A DNA stretch of 64,000 bases. It comes from a virus. Position 1 is the stretch's first letter; each line of letters opens with the position of its first letter. A program made the position numbers and the translations under genes. The notes beneath the pieces were generated by a model. It was not told the origin of the DNA and did no database searches. It saw only the letters and a program-made list of their open reading frames with translations. Shown here piece after piece: positions 55,894 through 64,000 of the stretch. The stretch spans positions 57,715 through 121,714 of IMG/VR virus record IMGVR_UViG_3300037111_000040, one strand, 5' to 3'.

Positions 55894-56160
55894 GTGACCG
55901 AAACCGAGAAGATAGCGGAGCGCGTGTGCGCGAAATATGGAATCAGTGAACCCGAAAAGCGCGAAGCAGCACAAACGGAGTCTTACCATTTTCTGTGCTG
56001 CGATGACGGTGATTCACTGGGCTGGCTATGGACTATTGTCTTTGGCTTTGCCTTCGGGATCATCGTGGCGGCTCTTGCTTTCATTGCCTTCATTGTGGTT
56101 GTCATCTATGTGTTTTCGTTGGTGCCTCGCGTTATAGTTGAGTTGCTCGGGGGAAAGTGA
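55894..56160 (+). CDS. Small membrane protein
   Basis: Long hydrophobic C-terminal segment. Confidence 0.5.
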   Translation: MTETEKIAERVCAKYGISEPEKREAAQTESYHFLCCDDGDSLGWLWTIVFGFAFGIIVAALAFIAFIVVVIYVFSLVPRVIVELLGGK

Positions 56161-56172
56161 TGGAGGAACTGT

Positions 56173-56532
56173 ATGACGTATCTGAAAATGCTGGATGAGG
56201 AGATCACGGCCAGCGACAAATTCACGAGGGAGAAATTCGGCCTTCAGGTTGGCGACGGATTCCCTGAGATGGTCCGCGAGGTTCTGAAGAGTGAGAAGTT
56301 GTCGATGCGGCTACTTCTCGGACTGTTGACGACTGGCCTTTCCGGCAAGGAAATCGCAGAATCGATGAGAGAGATGCCCAGCGGCCAGAAACCGGATTTT
56401 GGGAACGTCATACTGAATAACCTCACAGCGTTTGAGGCTCCGTTGGCGCTCTTGTATTGGGGAATCCAGATTGGTCGCAAGATGGAGAGCGAATCTGCGG
56501 CGGCGCTAAAGTCGCTCGACGAGAAGGCTTAA
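56173..56532 (+). CDS. Hypothetical protein
   Basis: GGAGG RBS; 119 aa. Confidence 0.6.
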   Translation: MTYLKMLDEEITASDKFTREKFGLQVGDGFPEMVREVLKSEKLSMRLLLGLLTTGLSGKEIAESMREMPSGQKPDFGNVILNNLTAFEAPLALLYWGIQIGRKMESESAAALKSLDEKA

Positions 56533-56671
56533 CCAGCTTCCCCGCGCCCATCGTTCGTTCCGGGCAAGGGATGCCTTGGGGGTTGGACGCCCCCTCATTG
56601 TCGACTAGGTAAGGTCTGACAGGGCGAGAAAGCGGGGGCCGTGAAAGCGGCCTCCGCAGAAAGACAATGGA

Positions 56672-56923
56672 ATGGATTACGGTTTGTATGTCGGGCACTC
56701 ACTTGAGCCGGTGTTCAAGGGTACAGCAGGAGAGTGCCGCGCGCATGTGGACGAGTTGACCGACGAGCAGCAGCAAAGCGGGTGGAAAATTGTTCCGCTG
56801 CCGTTGGAGCCATCTCCGCTGCCGGTCGATCCTGATCTCTGGAAGAGAGTCCTCGTACTTGTAAGTGCGGTTGGCGGAATCATGCTGATTCTAGTGTTTG
56901 CGCTATGGGAGGCTACGCGATGA
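56672..56923 (+). CDS. Hypothetical membrane-anchored protein
   Basis: C-terminal hydrophobic helix. Confidence 0.5.
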   Translation: MDYGLYVGHSLEPVFKGTAGECRAHVDELTDEQQQSGWKIVPLPLEPSPLPVDPDLWKRVLVLVSAVGGIMLILVFALWEATR

Positions 56924-57258
56924 GTCTCGGCCCTGACGAATGTAACTGGGTGGGATGCGGAGCACTGAGAAGAGGCGTTAACCACTGGTACATCGTGGCC
57001 GAGACCAAGGGAGGAGTTCGGATTTATAAATGGGCAGAATGCCCACCGGAGGCCATGAAAAACGGCAAGCATTTTTGTGGATTAGCGCACGCTTTCCAGC
57101 ACGCGAGCAAGGTACTAACGCCAGATGAAACAAAACCGGATCGCGAGTCAACACTCGAATTGAGACCCCCGCTGACACGCGAAGGAACGAAGCCGGAAGA
57201 AGTGACAACGCAAGAATCACCGGAAGCTGAGGAGACAGAGAAACCAAATGGCGAATGA
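56920..57258 (+). CDS. Hypothetical Cys-containing protein
   Basis: GGAGG RBS; 'CNWVGCG...NHW...HFCG'. Confidence 0.55.
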   Translation: MSLGPDECNWVGCGALRRGVNHWYIVAETKGGVRIYKWAECPPEAMKNGKHFCGLAHAFQHASKVLTPDETKPDRESTLELRPPLTREGTKPEEVTTQESPEAEETEKPNGE

Positions 57259-58387
57259 AGCCGAATACCTCCAACCCGAAAGCGAAGACGATCCAATCGA
57301 GCAGATAGAAGCCGCTCCATCCACGCTCGCGATCATCACGCAGAGCGAGTACGCGGCGATGGTCGCGACCGCAAACATCAAGGGCAACAGGCGTAGCGTC
57401 GATGAGTTCTCGAAGAAGCTGATGCTCTACGCTACTCACTCTCAGCCCGTCGCTCTTGGGATGTTCTACAGCCTGCCGCGCGCAGGGAAACAGATTGTCG
57501 GCCCCTCGGTGCGCTTCGCCGAAGTCGTCGCGCCGTGCTGGAAGAACAACTCGACAGGCTCAAGGATCATCGGCGAAACGGAACAGACGGTCACGGCGCA
57601 AGGCGTCTTTCTCGATTACGAAGCCAACATGCGCAACGTGAAGGAAATCCCGCGTCGCATCACATCGTCCGATGGGCGGAAGTTCAATTCCGACATGATT
57701 CTCACCACGTCGAAAGCCGCGCTTAGCATTGCCTACCGCGAAGCGATCTTGAAAGGCGGCGTGCCGCAGGCTCTTTGGACTCCAGCCTACGAGGAAGCCA
57801 AACTGACGGCTGTCGGCAAGGCTATGAGTCACAGCGCAAGAATCGACGCGGCGATGGAGTATCTCACGAAGCTCGGTGTGACTGAGTGGCAAATAATGAA
57901 CGCTGTCGGATGCGCGTCGCCGAAGGAGATGGAGACTGAGCACTTGGTAACGCTCAAAGTCATGTGCGAGGAAATCAAGCGTGGCGACAGAACCATCGAG
58001 GCCGTCTTCGGCTCTCCATACGACAAGGAGATCGACGCTCTCTTCACGCAACTCAAGAAGAACGAGGCCGAGAAGCGCCTCCTCAAGGGCTCCTACATGG
58101 GTCGCGCCAAGGAACTGGTCGAGTATCTGCGTGAGCGCGTGACCCCAGCGGCGCGCGGCACTGAAGTGAAGCAGGAAACGAATACGGAGCCGGAGAAGAA
58201 GACAGACGAAGCCTCCGGAACCACGTCGCCAGCGACGGGAAAGAAGGGCGGCGCGAAGAAGGGTAAGGAGCAACCGCCTGCTACTGATACTCAAGCTGAA
58301 GGAACGAAGGAAACCGCAGAAACCAAGCCGGAGGAGAAGCCAGCGGCAGATGGGAAAGAAGCCGACTCTGGGTCTTTCAACTTTTAA
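57248..58387 (+). CDS. Phage protein, possible ssDNA-annealing/recombination protein
   Basis: 'FYSLPRAGKQIVGPSVRFAE'; disordered acidic tail ending in F. Confidence 0.55.
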   Translation: MANEAEYLQPESEDDPIEQIEAAPSTLAIITQSEYAAMVATANIKGNRRSVDEFSKKLMLYATHSQPVALGMFYSLPRAGKQIVGPSVRFAEVVAPCWKNNSTGSRIIGETEQTVTAQGVFLDYEANMRNVKEIPRRITSSDGRKFNSDMILTTSKAALSIAYREAILKGGVPQALWTPAYEEAKLTAVGKAMSHSARIDAAMEYLTKLGVTEWQIMNAVGCASPKEMETEHLVTLKVMCEEIKRGDRTIEAVFGSPYDKEIDALFTQLKKNEAEKRLLKGSYMGRAKELVEYLRERVTPAARGTEVKQETNTEPEKKTDEASGTTSPATGKKGGAKKGKEQPPATDTQAEGTKETAETKPEEKPAADGKEADSGSFNF

Positions 58388-58407
58388 GCAAGCAACCGGG
58401 AGGAAAC

Positions 58408-59046
58408 ATGGCGATTCACATCAAGGATATGCTCTTTGAGAGCGGCAGTAAGCCCGCGCCTCATCCAGCCACTCAAACCACGCCGCCACAGGCGCATTCG
58501 TATATTCACACCGACACGACAGCCGGTTACCCGAACGGGGCTCCATCTGTCGCGGTGGCTGACGACGGTGGAGCGAATCACGCGGACGATGCGTACCAGC
58601 GGGTACTCGCTCACAGCGATTTCACACAGACAACCGTCTACCAGACGCTCCAGAAATACGTCGCTCCGCTCATGGACGTGTTGCCGGATGAAAAGACGAG
58701 ATTCCGGGCGGCGGTTAAACAGGCGGCGGCACAGTCCGGATTTGATCCGGCGTCGATTGCGACAGCCTTCGATCAATTGAAGACTGATCTTTCGAAGACC
58801 GCTGACAATTTCAGTGCGTCCGTCGATCACGCCATCGCTGAGGGAGTGGACGCCAAGAACAAACAGGCGGAGTCACTCACGACACAGGTGCAGAGCCTGC
58901 AAGCTCAGATCGCACAACTCAAGGAAGACGCCTTCGCCACGCAACAGAAGATCGAGGCTGGAAAGCATCGCTTCGATACCGCTCTCCAAACACGTCAACA
59001 GGAACTCGCAACCGAAGCGGCGAAATACGCCGGTCTTCTGGCATAG
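58408..59046 (+). CDS. Coiled-coil hypothetical protein
   Basis: GGAGG RBS; Gln/Ala-rich heptads. Confidence 0.6.
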   Translation: MAIHIKDMLFESGSKPAPHPATQTTPPQAHSYIHTDTTAGYPNGAPSVAVADDGGANHADDAYQRVLAHSDFTQTTVYQTLQKYVAPLMDVLPDEKTRFRAAVKQAAAQSGFDPASIATAFDQLKTDLSKTADNFSASVDHAIAEGVDAKNKQAESLTTQVQSLQAQIAQLKEDAFATQQKIEAGKHRFDTALQTRQQELATEAAKYAGLLA

Positions 59047-59614
59047 GAGGAACACCTTGTCAACCAATCTCTCACTACCTACCTCGACAGACATTAAATC
59101 CTTTTGGTCGCGGCCCGAAGGGAAGATGGCCATTGGAATTTACGCCGCAATCATTGGAGCCCACGATACATGGCCCACATACCCGCCCGCGAATAAAAGG
59201 ATGTGAATGATCTACTGGTTGGAGGACAGGTGGGACGACCTGACATGGTGGGTCTGGCGAAAGTGGCGCTGGAGGTGGAAGCACCGCAACGACACGCTCC
59301 AAGAGATGCGACAGGAACTTTACCGGAACTGGGATGTTTACTTGAATCAAGTGAAAGACATTCCTGCATCGCGAGATTTGCACGATGCGATTGAGGGGAT
59401 GAAGGAACTTAAAAATATGCTCGGAGACGAAGATGAAGGGCCGAATTAAGAAGAGGCGGAAGACAGGACAAAGGGACATTATCTCCCGGATGGAGGATCA
59501 TGTCCTCGACGAAAAAATCCAGCAGTCTGATAACCGGCGCAAGTTCATCGAGAAGCTCGACAAAAAGACGGGAGAGTTTGCCCGTCGCGAATTCGCCAAA
59601 CTGGGGCTATTTTA

Positions 59615-60661
59615 ATGAGCGAACTCGAACTCATCTACGAGAAGCTGGACAACGCCTGCTGTCCCGAGGAGGTCTTCGGGACGGGCGATGACCCCAGCGT
59701 GGTATTCCGTAAGCTGGCGCGGGCCTGTCATCCAGATTTGCACCCTACTGAGCCCATCGCGAAGAAGGCTTTTCAGAAGCTCAGCGCGCTCAAGGATGAG
59801 GCCGACAGGCGAGTCAAAGACGGCAAGTGGGGAAAGAGAGTCCCATTACCGCATTGCGTGCCTCTAAAGATCGGAAAGTACAAGGCGAAGCCCCATCCTC
59901 GGGTCGGAGACATTGCAGACTTGTACACGGTCGAGGGCGGAAAAGCCATAATCAAGGTCACTCGGCACCATGACGACAACGATCTTCTGAGAGCCGAGGT
60001 CACTGCCTTGGGCCTGTTGAGCGGAATCACAACCTCCGTGCTCGATGGTGTCCCAAAGCTGATCGACAACTTCTGGGTTGAGGGGATGTGGAAGCGCGAG
60101 GCCAATGTCATCACGGCGTTTCCGGGCTTCGTGACCGCGCAGCAAGTTCATGCGCGCTACGGAGACGACTCAGTCCACAAGCGTACCGGGGTGTGGATGT
60201 TCAAGAGGATACTGTCCCTCTTAACTTGGGTGCATCACTTCGATTTAATTCACGGAGCCATCCTTCCGCCGCACGTGTTGTTCTATCCGGATAATGACGG
60301 CCACAAGGACGTGGATAAGCGGAAGCACTCAATCCGGCTGATTGATTGGTGTTACTCAGTCGACTTCACGCAAAGGACGCGGCTCTCCTCGTGGGTGCCA
60401 GCTTGGCAGGATCACTACGCGCCAGAGTTGCTCTCCAAAAAGTCAATCGGACCGCCAGCGGACATTTACATGGCGGCGAAGCTGATCGTTTACCTGTGCG
60501 GCACATTGTGGCCACCAGCGCTTGGAACAGTTCTCCTAAAGTGTCTTGAATCCGATCCAAAGAAGCGTTACCAAAAAGCCGGTGACATATTCGATGCATG
60601 GACCAAGGCTGCTACGACGGAGTTCGGCACTCCGAAGTGGTTCGAATTCAACTTGCCGTAG
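59615..60661 (+). CDS. J-domain plus Ser/Thr kinase-like fusion
   Basis: 'FRKLARACHPD' (HPD); kinase-like 'IIKV', 'IHGAILPPHVL', 'LIDW', 'YAPE', 'DIYM'. Confidence 0.8.
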   Translation: MSELELIYEKLDNACCPEEVFGTGDDPSVVFRKLARACHPDLHPTEPIAKKAFQKLSALKDEADRRVKDGKWGKRVPLPHCVPLKIGKYKAKPHPRVGDIADLYTVEGGKAIIKVTRHHDDNDLLRAEVTALGLLSGITTSVLDGVPKLIDNFWVEGMWKREANVITAFPGFVTAQQVHARYGDDSVHKRTGVWMFKRILSLLTWVHHFDLIHGAILPPHVLFYPDNDGHKDVDKRKHSIRLIDWCYSVDFTQRTRLSSWVPAWQDHYAPELLSKKSIGPPADIYMAAKLIVYLCGTLWPPALGTVLLKCLESDPKKRYQKAGDIFDAWTKAATTEFGTPKWFEFNLP

Positions 60662-60677
60662 CAACTGGAGGGTTTTT

Positions 60678-61616
60678 ATGGGTGGAGGAAGCTGGGATTC
60701 AGGAACTTACCACAGCACCAAGTCAACACGTGCGGCAAACAATGTACCTGACTTTGCCTACACGCAGAGCGCGACGAACGTCCACGCAAATCTGGACCCG
60801 AAGCGCATCAACAAGAAACCATTCGGAAAGCTCGAATCGCGTGATTCAGCAGACCATCCGGAATCACACGCCGTTCTGGTGTGCTTCGACGTGACCGGCT
60901 CGAACATTGATCGGGCGGTGGACGTGCAAAAGAAGCTGCCGACCCTGATGGAGCTTCTGGCCAAGTACATTGCTGATCCACAGGTTGCCGTCGCCGCGAA
61001 CGACGATTACAAGGTCGTTGGCACGAACTCGATCCAGATTTCGGACTTCGAGAGCGACATCCGCGTCGACGAACATATCCGCAACATCTGGCTCGTGGGC
61101 AACGGCGGCGGAAATAACGGAGAGTCTTACGATCTGTTGCTGTACGCGGCGGCGCGCAAGATGGTGCTCGACTCCGTCGAAAAGCGCTCGAAGAAGGGCT
61201 ACATGTTCCTCTACGCCGATGAGCTTGTCTTCCCCGAGGTCTTGAGGGACGAAGTCTCCGACGTATTCGGGGACAAGTTGGAGTCCGATATCCCGACCGT
61301 CGAAATCATCGAAGAGGCGCAACGCAACTTCCACATCTTCGTGATCTGGCCGCGCGGCGGAGAGGATCGCGCGCACGAGCAATACAAGAAGCTGTTCGGC
61401 GAGGAGAATGTGCTCGTCTCTCAGCATCCGAACCTGCTCTGCGAGTTGATCGCTTCGACTGTGGCGCTCTACGAGAACAAGCCAGCAGACGTTGTTGTCA
61501 ACGACCTGATCGCAATCGGAGTCGGGGATGCTGATGCGAAGGCGCTGGTGAAGCGCGCGGCGCACTCCGCGTCAACACTGGCAACGTCGGGCGGAGACAA
61601 AGCCGCACGGCTGTAA
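60678..61616 (+). CDS. vWA-like domain protein
   Basis: 'MGGGSW', 'FDVTGS', 'GNGGGNNGESY', 'KGYMFLYADE'. Confidence 0.7.
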   Translation: MGGGSWDSGTYHSTKSTRAANNVPDFAYTQSATNVHANLDPKRINKKPFGKLESRDSADHPESHAVLVCFDVTGSNIDRAVDVQKKLPTLMELLAKYIADPQVAVAANDDYKVVGTNSIQISDFESDIRVDEHIRNIWLVGNGGGNNGESYDLLLYAAARKMVLDSVEKRSKKGYMFLYADELVFPEVLRDEVSDVFGDKLESDIPTVEIIEEAQRNFHIFVIWPRGGEDRAHEQYKKLFGEENVLVSQHPNLLCELIASTVALYENKPADVVVNDLIAIGVGDADAKALVKRAAHSASTLATSGGDKAARL

Positions 61617-61658
61617 CAACCGGGTGGGGGTCGCGAGGCCCCCATCGCAAGGTGCGCT

Positions 61659-61865
61659 ATGGAATACGACTTAGAAAAGATCGCCGCCGCAGTCCACGAA
61701 TCGTGGATTGAAAGCAAACTCAGCAAGGGAATCACTTCTCGTCTCAGCGAGACAGGTGAAGAGTTGATAGTTCCCTACGAGAATCTTTCAGAAGCCGCGA
61801 AAGACCTCGATAGAGGCAGCGTAAAGGCTGTCGTTGCGGCGATTGAAAGTCTTCAAGTGGAGTAA
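61659..61865 (+). CDS. Stand-alone RyR-like domain protein
   Basis: 'IAAAVHESW...LIVPYENLSEAAKDLDR'. Confidence 0.7.
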   Translation: MEYDLEKIAAAVHESWIESKLSKGITSRLSETGEELIVPYENLSEAAKDLDRGSVKAVVAAIESLQVE

Positions 61866-61888
61866 CGATGAAAGCGCTAGCGATACGG

Positions 61889-62551
61889 TTAGAACAGTTT
61901 TACGGGCTTTTTCTCAAGCCATCGTATCGCTGCGCGCAAAATCTCAGGACTATCTTTAAAACAACCAAGGGCTTGGTTGCACTGGTGGCACAAAAGACCG
62001 CGAATGCATTTCGAGCATCCCTTTCGAGTTCCGTATGGACAACAATTATGATCGTGATCTATACACCAACCTTTCCCGGTGCCGGGGTCTGTAGTTTTGC
62101 AGATTCCACAAATCTTAGGTTGCTTGTCATACCAATCGGACGGAAGACCAGCCCTCTCACAAAACACTTTTATTCGAGCCATTTTTATTTCTTCTGGTTT
62201 TTCCCAATAGAGGCGTTGTGCGCCTGCTACTTGTTTCTTTCTCTTTTCTTCAAACCGAAGAGGAAGACATTCTTTACAAACGTGCCGACCATTCGACTTG
62301 CCATGAGCCACAAACGGTTGCTGGCAGTAGTAGCAGATTCTTTCAATAGGTGCAAAGCGGTCTGGATAACGTTGCCCAGACGCGCTTTTATGAGTATCAA
62401 TCAGGCCAGCCTGCACTCTGGCATTACGTCTGTCATATCGCCCCCTGATGCTCTTAGAGAGGCAATCAGCGCAGCATGGAAGCGGCCCATATTTACCGAT
62501 TTTGGTCACGGGTGTAATTTTGCATCGTGGGCACAAGCTAGTCTTTTCCAT
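61889..62551 (-). CDS. Endonuclease VII-like HNH homing endonuclease
   Basis: 'CGICK...CIDHDHNCC...IRGLLCHQCNQALG..KDSPEILRAAIRWL'. Confidence 0.9.
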   Translation of the reverse strand: MEKTSLCPRCKITPVTKIGKYGPLPCCADCLSKSIRGRYDRRNARVQAGLIDTHKSASGQRYPDRFAPIERICYYCQQPFVAHGKSNGRHVCKECLPLRFEEKRKKQVAGAQRLYWEKPEEIKMARIKVFCERAGLPSDWYDKQPKICGICKTTDPGTGKGWCIDHDHNCCPYGTRKGCSKCIRGLLCHQCNQALGCFKDSPEILRAAIRWLEKKPVKLF

Positions 62552-62585
62552 AACAGTATTGTAATTGGAGATGAGGGTGTCGTCA

Positions 62586-63728
62586 ATGTCTAAATCGTTT
62601 CTGCTATGTGGGTTAGCGTTTGGAGATGAAGGAAAGGGAAGTTGTGTAGACGCCCTTACGAGGCATCTCTCCGCCGATCTGATCGTTCGCTATGGCGGAG
62701 CGTGCCAATGCGCTCATAACGTAGTCACCCCGGAAGGAGTTCATCATACCTTCTCCCAGTTTGGCTCCGGTATGCTCGCGAACAATAAGGTTCGCACGCA
62801 TCTTTCGCGCTTCATGCTCATTGAGCCGTTTGGAATGATGCGGGAAGCGGAGGCTTTGGGAAAGCTTACTGACAATGTGTGGGATAGAACAACGGTAGAT
62901 GGCAACGCGGTAATCATCACCGCTTTTCATAGACACTTGAATCGACTCAGGGAAAAAGAACGCGGGGCTAGCGCTCACGGCAGTTGCGGTCGCGGGGTGG
63001 GCGTAGCGAGGGAAATGCAACTCAAATTCGGCGATCAGGTTTTACTTGCGAAGGATACAAGAAACGCTATATCGGCATTCAAGAAACTGCAGTTTTGTGT
63101 GTCTGAAATGCTTCCAGAAATCCATGAGCTTGAGGCGATGCTCGGAATAAAAGACAGCGGATACACATTTGACTTTGCAGCTTCTATAGCTGCCGCGTAT
63201 CCGGAGTGGCCTGTGCGCATAATTGACGGGCTGGAGCCTGCGGAGACGATGGTTTTCGAAGGAGCGCAGGGCGTGATGCTCGATGAAAAACACGGCACGG
63301 CCCCGCATAACACATGGACGAATACGACTTTTGAGAACGCTGACACGCTGCTGGATGAGGTAGGTGTAGCGCGTAAAGATAGGACGAGAATCGGATGTTT
63401 CCGCACTTACTACACTCGTCACGGCGCAGGGCCATTCCCGACCGAGGAAACGGGACTCGATCTGCCCGAGCCACACAATGGCGATGAAGGATTTCAAGGC
63501 AAATTCCGCGTTGGACGCTTTGACTACCGCATGGCCGAGGAGGCGTTGGATATTGTGAGAGGCGTTACCTTCCTCGCAGTCAGTCACCTCGACTACCTAC
63601 CGCGCCTCGGGGTTGAGGAAGATGAATTCCTCGAACATTTGGTGAATGAATTGGACACGCCAGTCGGAATATACGGCAGCGGTCCAACGGCGGCACAGAG
63701 AACGATCAATCTCGGGGTCACAGCATGA
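62586..63728 (+). CDS. purA: Adenylosuccinate synthetase-like protein
   Basis: 'GLAFGDEGKG', 'HGSCGRGVG', 'FEGAQGVMLD', 'TRHGAGPFPTE', 'FRVG.FD'. Confidence 0.8.
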   Translation: MSKSFLLCGLAFGDEGKGSCVDALTRHLSADLIVRYGGACQCAHNVVTPEGVHHTFSQFGSGMLANNKVRTHLSRFMLIEPFGMMREAEALGKLTDNVWDRTTVDGNAVIITAFHRHLNRLREKERGASAHGSCGRGVGVAREMQLKFGDQVLLAKDTRNAISAFKKLQFCVSEMLPEIHELEAMLGIKDSGYTFDFAASIAAAYPEWPVRIIDGLEPAETMVFEGAQGVMLDEKHGTAPHNTWTNTTFENADTLLDEVGVARKDRTRIGCFRTYYTRHGAGPFPTEETGLDLPEPHNGDEGFQGKFRVGRFDYRMAEEALDIVRGVTFLAVSHLDYLPRLGVEEDEFLEHLVNELDTPVGIYGSGPTAAQRTINLGVTA

Positions 63729-64000
63729 AGCGCCAGAGAGACATTCTCGCTTTTTCCCTGCACACACTCAAGATCGGCGAAGAGGTGTTCTGCACGTTGC
63801 GCGCCTACGCCGACCTCGCCCCTCGTCTCGAAACATTCCAACACGCCAATCCGTCGTGCCGTTTCAAAGTGCGCCAGTGGGATGGGCTCGCGCATATCAG
63901 GAGAACTCGGTGACGAAAGCAGTTGTGAAGATTGAACCAGCCCCAATTCCATCGCTCCACCAGTCAACAGAACAACAAACAGCTTGCCCAACTTTTTACG

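Noticed and set aside
59057-59206. Short ORF with good RBS (MSTNLSLPTSTDIKSFWSRPEGK...)
   Set aside because: Possibly the remnant of a longer membrane-protein gene, but this cannot be supported without a homology search.
61868-62593. 241-aa plus-strand ORF
   Set aside because: Shadow of the antisense EndoVII-like gene, with no recognisable motifs.
62586-63728. PurZ (2-aminoadenine DNA pathway)
   Set aside because: It has GDEGKG with the PurA Asp rather than the PurZ Ser, and no dATPase/MazZ-like partners are recognisable in the window.

Overview
The window is a 64 kb segment of a large tailed-phage (or prophage) genome. The host may be an acidobacterium; this is a weak inference from one response regulator. 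From left to right it holds tail, fibre and ejection-like genes (1-18.7 kb), a minus-strand glycosyl-/methyltransferase cluster (21.7-26.1 kb), a translation-support island (28.2-47.6 kb), replication genes (51-54 kb) and a J-domain kinase/vWA/PurA-like module (59.6-63.7 kb). The island has 39 CCA-ending tRNA genes covering all 20 amino acids, a PTH2-like hydrolase, a Ro60/TROVE-like protein and an IS605 element. About 16 HNH/GIY-YIG nucleases are scattered throughout. Main finding: each of the three big tRNA arrays is preceded by a sigma70-like promoter, a 22-29 codon leader ORF and mutually exclusive antiterminator/terminator hairpins. Each leader is built from the codons read by the tRNAs of its own array (Leu/Ser/Cys/Tyr; Asn/Gln/Gly/Thr/His/Ala/Phe/Pro/Arg; Trp/Met/Ile/Lys/Arg/Val/Thr/Gly). 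This suggests codon-matched ribosome-stalling attenuators that switch on replacement tRNAs when host tRNAs are depleted. Second finding: seven Y-RNA-like ncRNAs share a covarying bipartite motif, carry differently permuted tRNA-like domains and lie upstream of the Ro60-like gene. Also notable are an in-frame amber at codon 3 of the PTH2-like gene and an antisense HNH gene nested in a polyvalent-protein ORF without breaking its frame. All assignments were made by eye, with no database searches or folding programs.
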